A stretch of DNA of 42,755 bases from Octopus bimaculoides (taxonomy: Eukaryota), in NCBI RefSeq assembly GCF_001194135.2, contig NC_068986.1, positions 41,581,352 to 41,624,106 on the forward strand. Reading direction: 5' to 3'. Below, piece by piece: positions 10,546-22,400 of this stretch. The notes under the pieces were generated by a model that was not told where the DNA came from, searched no databases, and saw only the letters and a list, made by a program, of their open reading frames with translations. Positions within the stretch are counted from its first letter, which is position 1. Each line of letters begins with the position of its first letter. Both the position numbers and the translations under genes were made by a program.

Positions 10546-11113
10546 TGCATGATAGAGTGTAAATGATTTACGATGAAAACTGGGTATAAGGGGCATCAGA
10601 TGTTGTGTGCAAGAGAGAAGATTGTGCTGGTTTGGTCATGTGATGTGTATGGATGAGGACAGCTGTGTGAAGATGCGCCAAGCTCTAATTGTGGAGGGAA
10701 CCTGTAGAAGGGGTAAACCCAGGAAGATGTGAGACAAAGTGGTGAGAAAGGATCTTTGGACACTGAGCCTCACTGAGGAAATGACAAAGGACTGGAAGAT
10801 GTGGTGATTTGTTGTACTTGAGAAGACGCACCAAGCTAAGTAAAATTGCAGTCTTCCATACATACAGGCTTGTCCTTTCAGGTGCTGGTGCCACATAAAA
10901 AGCACCCGTGCTGCATAAATGCACCCGTACCAGTAACATGTAAAAACACTCACCACACACTTTGTTCAGTGGTTGGCATTAGGAAGGGCATCCAGCCATA
11001 GAAACAATGCCACAATAGACAATTAGAACCTGAACAGCTCCCCAACTAGCCTGCCCATGTCAAATCGTCCAACCCATGCCAGCATGGGAAACAGACATTA
11101 AACAATGATGATG
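10546..11113 (+). mobile_element. 5'-truncated RTE LINE 3' end with 3'UTR and (GAT)n tail
   Basis: Encodes RL.WFGHVMCMDEDSCVKMRQALIVEGTCRRGKPRKM*DKVVRKDL; the tail ends acagacattaaacaatgatgatga. Confidence 0.85.
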
Positions 11114-11262
11114 ATATATATGTGTGTGTGTGTACACACAGATACACAGTGTGTATATGATATATATCCATTTATATAAATATGCATTTATACACGCACT
11201 GTGTGTGTAAACGTGCTTGAAAGTGTGAGTCACTGTTTCTCTTCACAAAAACATGCCATTTT

Positions 11263-11472
11263 GTACGCCTGACTGGCCTTCGTGCGGGTGACACGTAAAA
11301 GCACCCACTACACTCTCTGAGTGGTTGGCGTTAGGAAGGGCATCCAGCTGTAGAAACTCTGCCAAATTAGATTGGAGCCTGGTGTTGCCATCCGGTTTCA
11401 CCAGTCCTCAGTCAAATCATCCAACCCATGCTAGCATGGAAAGCGGACGTTAAACGATGATGATGATGATGA
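11263..11472 (+). mobile_element. Young RTE-type 3' tail copy
   Basis: Only about 5-6 differences by eye from the reverse complement of 42514-42720; (GAT)n tail. Confidence 0.85.
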
Positions 11473-12690
11473 CACTCCCTGTATTCATCTCTTATCAATG
11501 CCATCAGTAAATGTATTGCTCTTCTCTTTTTACAGCTTTGAGTTTAATGAACAAAAGTGAACAAGTCTGTCAATTACTAAGTTATTGTATGTTGGTTTGA
11601 AGTCTTTCACATTTCTAGGAGAGCATACTGGATTTGAATAAAAGAAAAGACCTCACATTAGTCAGCTTAGATTTTTGAATAATATCAGAGACCTTCATTG
11701 TAGCTTATGATAGCAGCTACATTTGATAAATCTTTTGCTTAAACTTCACAAAACTTTCTGGTTTTCTTTGAAATTATGTACAGAATATAATTTTAAACGA
11801 TCATTTTGAAATACTTTTTTTCTCAAGTGTCTCAATATGTTTATTATCATTACATGTAGTACAATATTAGGCTTGTGCACAGTGATAGGTTAGCTGACAG
11901 AATCGAGTACCTTGCAATATACTGGTTTCAAGTTTTGGCACAAGGCCAGCAATTTCAGGAGAGGGGTAAAGTGGATTACATCAGCTCCACCAGGGTTCAA
12001 CTGGTACTTATTTTATTGACTGCGAAAGGATGAAAGACAAAGTCAACCATGGTGGAATTTGAACTCAGAATATAGAAATGAATGAAATACCCAGCATATT
12101 AACAATTCTGCCTGTTCACCACCTGAAAATACTATCCAATATATTGAAATTAGTCTTGTTCTTCTAAATTTCAGTTCAGATCCTGTTTCAGTTAACTTTT
12201 CTTTTCTTCCTTCTGAGATTAATACAACATCTTCATGATTACTCCAAAGAAATCAATAACAATACTAGGTTCCTATATTGCCCTCAGGACTAGATATCCT
12301 ACAGATAACTAAACTATAAAACCTGTATTCTATCTATCGATGGTGGTTTTGCATTAGTTATTTTTTGATTTTGTCATACACAAATGCAGTACCTATCAAA
12401 AACAATGAAATAAACCTGTGTTGTGGTTATTGCAAATTGTTCAATAATTTGGGAAGGAAATACATATTACAACCTAACATCAAATGGTTTGTGACACTGC
12501 CTCAAAGAGGTATGATGCAGGAATATATTATGTATCAATTTCAGTGCCGACAGCTATTATATATGTTTTATTTATGAACTAATGGATACACACAAAAAAT
12601 GTTTATTCAGTTCCTATTATTCTGAGAATAATTTATAAAAAACATATTTCTGAGTTATTTTCATTTGACTTGTATGTATATATGTGTGAA

Positions 12691-13301
12691 TCTATACATA
12701 TAAATTTGATATGAGTGATTCTTTCTTGTCTTGGGATTCCTGGTCAAACGGCTGGGTGGAATTGCACGAAAAATTACACATGTGTAGAATGATCCGGTGG
12801 TGATGCTGGGCTTCGTACTTTTTTCACAGTTCCCATGGTTACCAACATAATCTACTATAATAATAGGCTTGTGCTTATGAATGAGAAAGGAAGGGGTGAT
12901 AGATGAATAAGGAAGGAAGGAAGGGTGTGATGTCATACTTGGTAGTGGGATGATGAAAATTGTACGCTGTAAAAATAAATCAAACAGCATTTCAACTCTG
13001 TGTGAATATATGTGTGTGTATGTAAAAGGGGGGTATGTGAATGTGTGTGCGTGTGCACGTGCAATGGAAGTGGGATGGTTCATCTTTGTTCACTTAGTAT
13101 TTGGGTTTATTTTTTGATTTGGTTGAATCTTGGTTGTTTTTTTTTTTGTTGGTCAGTTATTTTTAGTGTTTTGACAGAAAAAAGTCATTCTAAAATTGTT
13201 TTTTAATATAAGCATGCCCAAACAAGTAAAATGCTTACACAGAGCAGGTTTTACAGCCACATCATCCAAACCAACTGGGTGAAACCAGGCTTAGCTGCTA
13301 G
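12691..13301 (+). mobile_element. Non-autonomous Helitron-like element
   Basis: A|TCTATACATATAAA 5' end, subterminal hairpin CTGG-gtgaaa-CCAG (13275-13288), CTAG|T 3' end, no TSD. Confidence 0.65.
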
Positions 13302-14689
13302 TATACATATATGAATGAGGTTGTGTCTGTATGTGGTAGAGTGTTTGCTTGTGTTGTACTCAGTCTTTTTTTTTTTCTTTCAAAGTCCATCTCCTTTGAT
13401 TTTCTCTTGAACCTCTGAGCTTTTTAGAATTCAAGTTAATTTTAAAAAGCGTTTACTTTGCCCATTTACCTTTTTGCCACAGATTAGGATATCCTGAGAA
13501 CAATGTAGGTACTGCCTTTAGCAAAATACATTAAAAAAAACAGTAAAACAGTGTTGATTGATTATTCTCACATCTCCAGGAAGAGTTGTGCACTGCCAGG
13601 TGGCTTTTGATGATTTGACTTAACAGCAGCATTACTTCCGGTGTTATACAATAACTCATGAGAGAAATTGATTTTACCGCTGCAAGTTAAAAAAAGACAC
13701 ATTGTGCAATGACCTGTTGCGCCTGATGAACTTTGATTGTGTACTTTTCTACATCTAGTTGTAGTGGACCAGAGATAGTCAGATGTCTAAACCAAAGATA
13801 TAGCATAGTGTTAGTGAAGGGACACAATTTGTCAATCTCTTAAACACTCAGCCATTATATTTAATAGAATATACTCACAATCTTGGTAGATTTTGTGAAC
13901 TATTTGAAACTAGTAGTTATTTTTAATTTTATATGTGTCTGAATCCATCCTGTTAAATCTAAACACTAGTGACTATCTAGACCATACATGGCCACAGAGT
14001 TGCTCTGTATATCATAGAGGTAGTTTGCTATTGCTTTACTCTTGTTCGACTTTTCTCACAAGAAGAATTTAATTCATTACATATTCACAGCAAAGTGGAT
14101 TGAACCATTTTGAAAATTATGTGTCCTGTTCAGAGCACATAAATGTTGAGCACAGAGTTGCTGATCTCTTGGATGGTTGTCTGCCCTCCTATTCTTTTAA
14201 ATATTTGTACTCTTTTACACATGTACACACATATGCAAATATGCAATTGTTTTTTCACAGTTGAAGACGTGTGTGTGTGGGTGGGGATGTATAAATGAAA
14301 AAAAATTATCACAGCTTCTCATTGCATTCATCAAGCCAATGAAGGAATTGTTCAACTTCAAGTCATTTCTGATTCTGGTTCTGACCATCTTGTCTTTTTA
14401 GAACAAGTATTTAGGAGTAAATTATCTAATATGTGCTTCCCTTTTTAAAATAGTAGGATGTGATTTGATGTAGAGGTTTCCTAACTGGAGTTGAATGGAC
14501 TACTTCTCAGTTAGCCAGTGCTACTGCAGTTTTGAATGGAGTGGTACCTATTTACAATTAAAAGTTGGTTGTAGAACTACTGACTCAATGTATTTCCAGC
14601 TGGTTGCCCACTTGCCTCGTTTGCACTTTCATTATCATTGTTTAATGTTTTTTTGTTTTTTTTCCAATGCTTGCATGAATTAAATGTGT

Positions 14690-15245
14690 CTTCAGCCTAG
14701 CATAAAGCCTCTTGTAGTTTCTGGTCATCTTCTTTGTAACATTGAGCATCTTGAGATCAACCTTTACCACTTTCCATGGCCTTCTTCATTCACAAGTTCT
14801 TTCCACTGGGATCACTTGACACTTCTTTACCTAACCATTGTCCTCCTTAGGCATCACATATCTGTATCAATACAGTCTCTTTGCTATAAACCATTCAACT
14901 TATGCCCAGTTTTTCTTTCAACTCATTTTTACTCCACCTATCATTCACACTAACGCTACACATCAGCAAAGCATGGTTACCTTATTTGTTTTCAACCTTC
15001 ATAGTCCTCATTGCTCAACTCTTACTTCTTCATTTCATACTTGAGCATCACTCAATTACTCTTCATTTGAAGAATCCCTTTGCTACCAACAGAAGTAATA
15101 ACTTTTTCCAGCCCATTCTTATTCTGCTACTGAAATCTTGAAACTCACTTTTATTACTGATTAGATCACTTAGATACCAGAAGTTATCAGCTATATCAAA
15201 GAGCTTTCAATCCATTCTGGTGCATCAGATACAAACCCAGTCCTC
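14690..15245 (-). mobile_element. Decayed RTE LINE reverse-transcriptase C-terminal fragment
   Basis: Minus strand gives ..DNFWYLSDLI..., ARIRMGWKK.LLLLVAKG and ELKEKLGI..., homologous to the RTE 3' ends elsewhere in the window. Confidence 0.6.
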
Positions 15246-17442
15246 TGTCAGCTTGTCTGTGATCCTACTGTATCATTTGTGCAATCATGATTTACATTGG
15301 ATACATTGTATGGAATTATTAACAACTCCTTTTCTGTATATTGAGCACAGTCATTTCCCAAATAGTGTTAGTCCTGTTTTCTTTTGTCTAATTTGGATTT
15401 TTGTCTTTGTGGGGTTTATTTTAAAAATTCTCAGTTTTAGTCTTTGCTTTCATGCATGGAATTTCTTCTGGATTCAACTGTGATAACTAGGTTGTTGGCT
15501 GATCCCATGAACAACCAGTTTTAAGCTTCCCTGTTATGACCTAGGGTGCTGTAATAAACAGTTGAGAGCTGGGACCCCTTTCTAGTATCAATCTGAATTA
15601 TCTTTAATCTAAGCTAATTCTCTTCCTAATAAGTTGTGCTATAAACTCTTTGTGTATATGTACAACTAGTTCCAAATGGGCATTTTTGCCTGGATTGCTC
15701 TTTATATTTTGATTATAACTTTTATTGCAGTGAGTTGGTAGCCTTATTAGCATGTTAAACAAAATGCTTAATGGCATTTCTTCCAGCTCTTTACATTCTG
15801 AGATCAAATTCTGCTTAGATGAGCTTTGCTTTCCATCCTTTTGAGGTTGATAAAATAAGTGCTAGCTGAGTACTGGGGTTGATGTAATTGACTTACCCCT
15901 CCCCTCAAATTGCCAGCCTTGTTCCAAAATTTGAAACCACTATTGTTATCATGGCTTTTTTTAGCTTTCCTCTTCACTTTCCACTCTACTCTCTGTACTA
16001 AAGAAACTGTATCTGAAACACCATAGCAATTAACTTTTCCCATTTTCCCAATTTTTTTTAAATATCAAATTAATAATTTTTATTATGATCTTGTCTTGGG
16101 TGTTTTTGATTTGTTACAATAAAGAGTTAAAACCGATGAAGTTGTAAAGATGTTTTAGTTTACTTGAATTAATATTATTGAGCTCTCTTTTCTTTAGCAT
16201 TGTGATAGCCCCACTCATTCTTTTTTGCTTTAAATGAGTGTTTCTCAACTGTTGTTGTACCCCCACTCTGCCACTTCAAATAACCCCTCAACACCCCCCA
16301 AAAAATGTGCTCCTCCATGAAGGGACAAAGTTAGTATATAACATAAGGTCATGAGAAATTATAAATAAAAGACTTAATCCTTTTGTTACCATATTTGTAT
16401 TGAATTTGTTTCAGTTAATTTTGAAATTAAAGAAAAATTTAGTAAAAGCTGGTATTTGGAATATAAATTAACATGATTTTAGATAGGTTGGTAAAACAAA
16501 GATTACCTGCCATTTTTATTCACTTGTTACTTACATCCTATTCTGAAGTAACCTACCAACCACCAAAATATTGCTACTTCCCACCTTGAGAAATACTAGG
16601 AGTGAAATAATGGGAAATGGAAAGAAAAGGTACAGCACTAACAAAACAGCAACTATTTCATGAATGAGTCCAGTAAATGCCTGGCCTGTGTTTTATTGGG
16701 CTGAAATTGACCTTGCAAATAGTTATTTCCTATTCAATCATACAACCATAAAAATGTAGAAAGAATTGAGTTAAATCCTTTGACTGGGGACCGTAGTTTA
16801 GTTCATTGCCTTTTAATTCATGAACCAGGAACTGGTAATTACATTTCTCCTTTATAGTAATAATAATGATTTGTTTTGATTAGGCATAAAGCCAAAACTT
16901 GTATATAGAGAGCAGAGAGAACAGATGATGTAGTATGGTAATGTAGTACTGGATGGTTGCCAGTAACCCATTGATGTTTACTTTATCAGCTGCAGTGAAG
17001 AAAAGTCAACCCCAGTGTAAAGAATCTTTAGTTTGTTACATCTGGATGAAATCTGCAACGAGGGAAATACTTTCTGAAATTATCAAAACAAACGATAGGG
17101 ACTCTCTTTCTTGGAAATTTTTATTTTATAGCCTTTATCTTATCTATTTTCTTTCTATTTATTTCTGTCCTTGACCACTTTGTTTTATAGGTCAAAAAGT
17201 GTCTTTGATCTAAATTTTTCCTTGTATATTGCTTTGATAATCATTTATCTACTTAACTGTATCTGTTTATTTTGATTCTCTCAATCTGATTTTAGTGTAT
17301 GATTCACTCGTTCACAAGCCATATTTGATAATATAATAATGATTTCTGATATAGTCCCATAACCATCATTTTGGTGAAGTGTAATTCATTTACCCCCCCC
17401 CCCCCATATAGAGACGACTGCGCTGGAATGGTTAGGAGTTGC

Positions 17443-18047
17443 GTATGGATGAGGACAGCTGTGTGAAGAAGTGTCACACCCTAACAGTGGAAGGAACCTG
17501 TGGAAGAGGTAGACCCAGGAAGACATGGGATGAGGTGATGAAACATGACCTTCAAATGTTGGGCCTCACAGAGGCAATGACAAGCGACCGAGACCATTGG
17601 AGATATGCTGTGCTTGAGAAGACCCAGCAAGCCAAGTGAGATCGTAGTTGTGGCTGATGCCAGTGTAACATAACTGGCCTGTTTAAAAGCACCTGGGCAA
17701 TATGCTGTGCTTGAAAAGAGACCTGTTGAGCCAAGTGAAATCATGGTCATGGCCAATGGCAGTGCTGCTTGACTGGCACATAAAAAGCACCATTCAATCG
17801 TGGTCGATGACAGTGCTACCTGACTGGTACCCGTGCTGGTGGCATGTAAAAAGCACCATTCGAGCATAGCCGATGCCAGTGCTGCCTGACTGGCACCATG
17901 TAAAAAGCACCATTTGAGTGTGGTTGATGCCAGTGTTGCCTGACTGGCACATAAAAAGTACCATTCAAGTGTGGTCAACGCCAGTGCTGGTGGCATGTAA
18001 TTTGAGCATACTCAATACCAGTGCTGCCTGACTGGCTCCCGTGCCAC
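17443..18047 (+). mobile_element. RTE LINE 3' end with tandemly expanded 3'UTR
   Basis: MRMDEDSCVKKCHTLTVEGTCGRGRPRKTWDEVMKHDLQMLGLTEAMTSDRDHWRYAVLEKTQQAK*, then about 5-6 imperfect units of taaaaagcaccattcgag..gatgccagtgctgcctgactggc. Confidence 0.85.
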
Positions 18048-18163
18048 AATAGTACCAGCTATAAGCACACATCTGCAGAAGGCAGTGTGACAGTAATTAA
18101 GATATGTTATGGCAAAAGTGCGGATAATTTTTGACTCGTATGTAGGTGTAAGCATGAGCATGT

Positions 18164-18538
18164 AGGTGCGGTGTGGCTGTATGGTTAAGAAGCTTGCTTC
18201 CCAACCATACGGTCTTAGGTTCAGTTCGATCCCATTCTGTGGCACCTTGGGCAAGTGTCTTCTGCTATAGAGCCAGGCTGACCAAAGCTTAACGAGTGGA
18301 TTTGGTGAATGGAAACTGAAAGCGGCCCATTTAATATATACAATAACATATGCATGTTTGTGTTTTTTCTACATGATGTGAGGACTATTGACATCATGTG
18401 GAAAATATTACTTTGCTTGGGAATAAGTGAGGTGTGGTGACAGGAAAGGTATTTGGCTAAAGAAATTTGCCTCAGCAAATTCTGTTTGATCCTTACAAGC
18501 TTGGAAAAATGAATGTTAAATGATGTTGATGATAATGA
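18164..18538 (+). mobile_element. SINE family B with RTE-type tail
   Basis: Head aggtgcggtgtggctgtatggttaagaagc, core ggcaccttgggcaagtgtcttc and tail caagcttggaaaaatgaatgttaaatgatg. Further copies at 22693-23075 (+), 28082-28525 (-) and 30958-31120 (+, partial). Confidence 0.75.
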
Positions 18539-19045
18539 CAGTGAATATATATCTCTGAAAAAACCCAATAAACTGATGTTTTCAAACAAAATATCTAGTA
18601 ATTATTCTGTCCAAGTTACACAGACACTGTTGTACACCCATCTGCTCACATTCATCCTATTTCATTCCAGATGGTTTCAGTCCTCTAATTATACTGTGTC
18701 TGGCATATATTCTGTATACTGAGAGAATTTCTTTATTGACATTATCACTAGCAAATCCTCTAGATTTATACCTGGCTCTATGGATTATATTCACTCCACC
18801 ATCAGCATTGATTATAAGGTTTAGGTAAAAGAAGCAAGCAAAAGCGTTTACAGGTACATTCTCTTGTATCATAGTCTATATAGATAGTTTCATTGAAATA
18901 CTTTCTTGTCTTTAACTATTTAAGATTTGTTGGGTTGTCAGTCTTCAAAGAATTCCTTTTTATCTTGTGCCCGTTTTACTGTATACATTGGTTTTATAAT
19001 ACGCGGATTCTGTTGCTCTGTCAAAGTTTGAAATATTTGTATTAA

Positions 19046-19258
19046 CCCTTTAGCATTCAAACTGGCCATATCCAGCCAAAATATTTAACCTGTTTTATGT
19101 TGAAAATGGCCAGATCTGGTTTCTCCCATCAACCCTACAATTTCCTTCTAAAACTAGACCATCACACCATTGAAATATCAAAGCTATGAGATAATTAATT
19201 TAAAATAATATAAATAAACAAACATTACATTTGGCAGAATAACCTGAATACTAAAGGG
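19046..19258. mobile_element. TTAA-type (piggyBac-like) MITE, family A, intact
   Basis: TTAA|CCCTTTAGCATTCA ... TGAATACTAAAGGG|TTAA; TIR 13/14 match; TTAA on both sides (19042-19045, 19259-19262). Confidence 0.85.
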
Positions 19259-19404
19259 TTAATGCAGACGTTTTGATACTTGACCTTATTTCTAAATTTT
19301 GAACTTATCTTACAGCTTATTCCATTGATTTTGCTATCAGAACTAAGTTTGTGTGCAAAAGTTTACAGACACACTTGGTCCTAAATTTGGCTGCAAAGCT
19401 TTTA

Positions 19405-20391
19405 NNNNNNNNNNNNNNNNNNNNNNNNNNNNNNNNNNNNNNNNNNNNNNNNNNNNNNNNNNNNNNNNNNNNNNNNNNNNNNNNNNNNNNNNNNNNNNNN
19501 NNNNNNNNNNNNNNNNNNNNNNNNNNNNNNNNNNNNNNNNNNNNNNNNNNNNNNNNNNNNNNNNNNNNNNNNNNNNNNNNNNNNNNNNNNNNNNNNNNNN
19601 NNNNNNNNNNNNNNNNNNNNNNNNNNNNNNNNNNNNNNNNNNNNNNNNNNNNNNNNNNNNNNNNNNNNNNNNNNNNNNNNNNNNNNNNNNNNNNNNNNNN
19701 NNNNNNNNNNNNNNNNNNNNNNNNNNNNNNNNNNNNNNNNNNNNNNNNNNNNNNNNNNNNNNNNNNNNNNNNNNNNNNNNNNNNNNNNNNNNNNNNNNNN
19801 NNNNNNNNNNNNNNNNNNNNNNNNNNNNNNNNNNNNNNNNNNNNNNNNNNNNNNNNNNNNNNNNNNNNNNNNNNNNNNNNNNNNNNNNNNNNNNNNNNNN
19901 NNNNNNNNNNNNNNNNNNNNNNNNNNNNNNNNNNNNNNNNNNNNNNNNNNNNNNNNNNNNNNNNNNNNNNNNNNNNNNNNNNNNNNNNNNNNNNNNNNNN
20001 NNNNNNNNNNNNNNNNNNNNNNNNNNNNNNNNNNNNNNNNNNNNNNNNNNNNNNNNNNNNNNNNNNNNNNNNNNNNNNNNNNNNNNNNNNNNNNNNNNNN
20101 NNNNNNNNNNNNNNNNNNNNNNNNNNNNNNNNNNNNNNNNNNNNNNNNNNNNNNNNNNNNNNNNNNNNNNNNNNNNNNNNNNNNNNNNNNNNNNNNNNNN
20201 NNNNNNNNNNNNNNNNNNNNNNNNNNNNNNNNNNNNNNNNNNNNNNNNNNNNNNNNNNNNNNNNNNNNNNNNNNNNNNNNNNNNNNNNNNNNNNNNNNNN
20301 NNNNNNNNNNNNNNNNNNNNNNNNNNNNNNNNNNNNNNNNNNNNNNNNNNNNNNNNNNNNNNNNNNNNNNNNNNNNNNNNNNNNNNNNNNN
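19405..20391. other. Assembly gap (987 N)
   Basis: Run of N. The poly-X ORFs in the track are artefacts. Confidence 1.
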
Positions 20392-20750
20392 TATATATAT
20401 ATAAATGGACAAGTTCACATAAAACTTGTGCATGCCATGTGACTGGAGGTTTTTAATTATTTAAACAAGTGTACAACATTTGTTATATATTGATTAGGAG
20501 TTCAATACACAACAAAAAGTTAAAAGAACAGAAAAGACCATTGATAAATAGTTAACTGGGTTGCAAATTCTTCTCTAAAATGATGTGAAATTTTTCATTT
20601 TCAAACATGGGTTTAACTACATTACATGCTATCTGTCCATACTTTCTTTGTACAATATTTGCTGTATATATGACTGATATACTTCTCTTAATGAACAGAA
20701 GCGTTCGTTTTTCACTACCCAAAGCTCTTTTATAAATATGGTATCTTTAA

Positions 20751-20886
20751 CTCTTTAGCATTCAGATTATTTATTCACATTGTTTTGAATTAATCATGAT
20801 GCAATTGTTTATTTTTAGAATGACAATGTAGGGTAGGTGTGAGAGGCCTGATCTAGTCAGCTATGACCAGTATAAATGCAAAAGGG
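20751..20886. mobile_element. TTAA-type MITE family A, internally deleted
   Basis: TTAA|ctctttagcattcag...aaatgcaaaaggg|TTAA. Confidence 0.75.
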
Positions 20887-21837
20887 TTAAGTCTTTGAAC
20901 CAGTTCTAAGATTAGTTGCTTATGTAAAGGTCGCACTATAAATAGTGTGAGCAATGAGCTGTGGTAGTTGTTGAAAAGAAAGAAATAGTTGTGTTGCTTT
21001 CCAATTACCATTTATCATGTATTCATTGTTATTTTCAGTATATCATTCTTAATTTTCAAAGTAGCTAATTTATAAGGTTGACTTGTTAGCTGTTTGCATT
21101 AATGTAACAGAATAGCAATTTACTTACATTACAGAACTCACTTTTAACTGGCCTATACTTTAGCTTTCTTAATATAGAATCAAAATATCTGACTACATCT
21201 TTGTCTTGATCACCCCTTCCTCAAGGTGGCAAGCTGGCAGAAATGTTAGCATGCTAGGTGAAATGCTTAGTGGTATTTCGTTTGTCTTTATGTTCTGAGT
21301 TCAAATTCCGCCAAGGTTGACTTTGCCTTTCAACCTTTCAGGGTCGATAAATTAAGTACCAGTTGTATTCTGAGGTCAATCTAATTGACTGCCCCCCCCC
21401 CTCCCTAAAAATTTCGGGCCTTGTGTCTAGAGTGGAAAAGAACACCCTTTCTTCCCTCTTTCATTGATTCCTCTAAAGTTTTATTTTTTCTTTACGTTTC
21501 ACTCAACCACTACCATCTTTGATCACAATTGCATTGAAGTTGTCACCTGTTCCTGTTTGACAGTGATTGATTCCTTTGTTACTGTTTGTTTCTATAATAA
21601 TAAATAAAACAATTGTTTATGTGAGCTTCACTTACATGTATTTGCAAATTAGTGAGAGTTCATCAGAGGTTTCTATTTTTCTTCCTGAATTATATATGTT
21701 GAGTTTTCTGTGTTCACTGTGTAGTCAGTCAGTTGTCTTAAAAGAAAAAGTCTTTTTGCCTCTTGAATGTTGAATATTGTTTGATGAATACATTTTGGAA
21801 ATTTAAAAAAATACTTTTTGTCTTTTCTTTTATTCAG

Positions 21838-21973
21838 GTTTACAGCAATGCCATATACTAAAGTGTGTAAACTTTCTTAAAAATAACCCCAGAGTTGCTG
21901 ACCACTCTGTTTGTGACTTTGTGCCTGTTAGCACTAGAAACACATTTTTTTCGTCCACATTTCTATTTTCAAA
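21838..21973 (+). other. CUL1: 5' UTR portion of the first coding exon of the CUL1-like gene
   Basis: Pyrimidine tract plus acceptor (tcttttctttattcag, AG at 21836-21837) lies 136 nt upstream of the ATG. A second possible acceptor (tttacag) ends at 21845. This implies at least one unseen upstream non-coding exon. Confidence 0.6.
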
Positions 21974-22116
21974 ATGTCTGGCATTACTAAAAATCACAAT
22001 CCTCACGGACTCCGGCCAACAGGTTTGGATCAGATCTGGGATGATCTCAAGGAGGGTATTGAGCAGATATACAGGCGAGAAAATATGGCAAAAAGTCGAT
22101 ATATTCAATTATATAC
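21974..22116 (+). CDS. CUL1: Cullin-1-like, coding exon 1 (143 nt; [47 protein letters not shown]+AC)
   Basis: Manual translation matches the CUL1 N-terminus (human [40 protein letters not shown]). ATG context is aaaATGt; donor AC|gtatcc, phase 2. Not in the supplied ORF track. Confidence 0.93.
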
Positions 22117-22310
22117 GTATCCTTTTCTTTGAATAATAATGTTTTGGTTCCATTGATGGATGTCTGCAAATTTTTGCTCTTGACACCTTGTATAAACGTA
22201 ACCTTATTAGAAACTTTTTTTTTTTTAATTATTAATATGTATATAACAAATTTTTCTAATCTAATTCATCAATCATCTGTTTTTCTATTCCAGGAGCTTT
22301 CTGAAAGATA

Positions 22311-22400
22311 ACTATATTTTATCGGCAGCAGTATGGTATAGCTACATTTTATTGGTGGCAGTAAGGTGCAGCTACATTTTATTGGTGCAAGTATGATAAA
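22311..22400. repeat. 30-bp minisatellite x3
   Basis: actatattttatcggcagcagtatggtata / gctacattttattggtggcagtaaggtgca / gctacattttattggtgcaagtatgataaa. Confidence 0.85.

Noticed and set aside
13634-13642. ETS/GABP-like motif ACTTCCGGT as a possible CUL1 promoter
   Set aside because: A single short motif with no CpG enrichment or other support; expected by chance.
13720-13760. CTGATGA as another hammerhead core (also 35693)
   Set aside because: No stem II/GAAA arrangement follows.
16225-16345. gagtgtttctcaac resembling a hAT TIR
   Set aside because: No matching second TIR or TSD found.
17750-18047. CRISPR-like repeat/spacer appearance
   Set aside because: Eukaryotic context, degenerate units without unique spacers, located within an RTE 3'UTR, no cas genes.
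18671-18824. Possible 154-nt exon (ttcattccag|...AG|gtaaaa) with one open frame
   Set aside because: No protein similarity recognised and such splice-like pairs are common in AT-rich DNA; needs transcript evidence.
19351-20456. Long ORFs of 343-367 aa in the ORF track
   Set aside because: Composed of N-gap translation (X).
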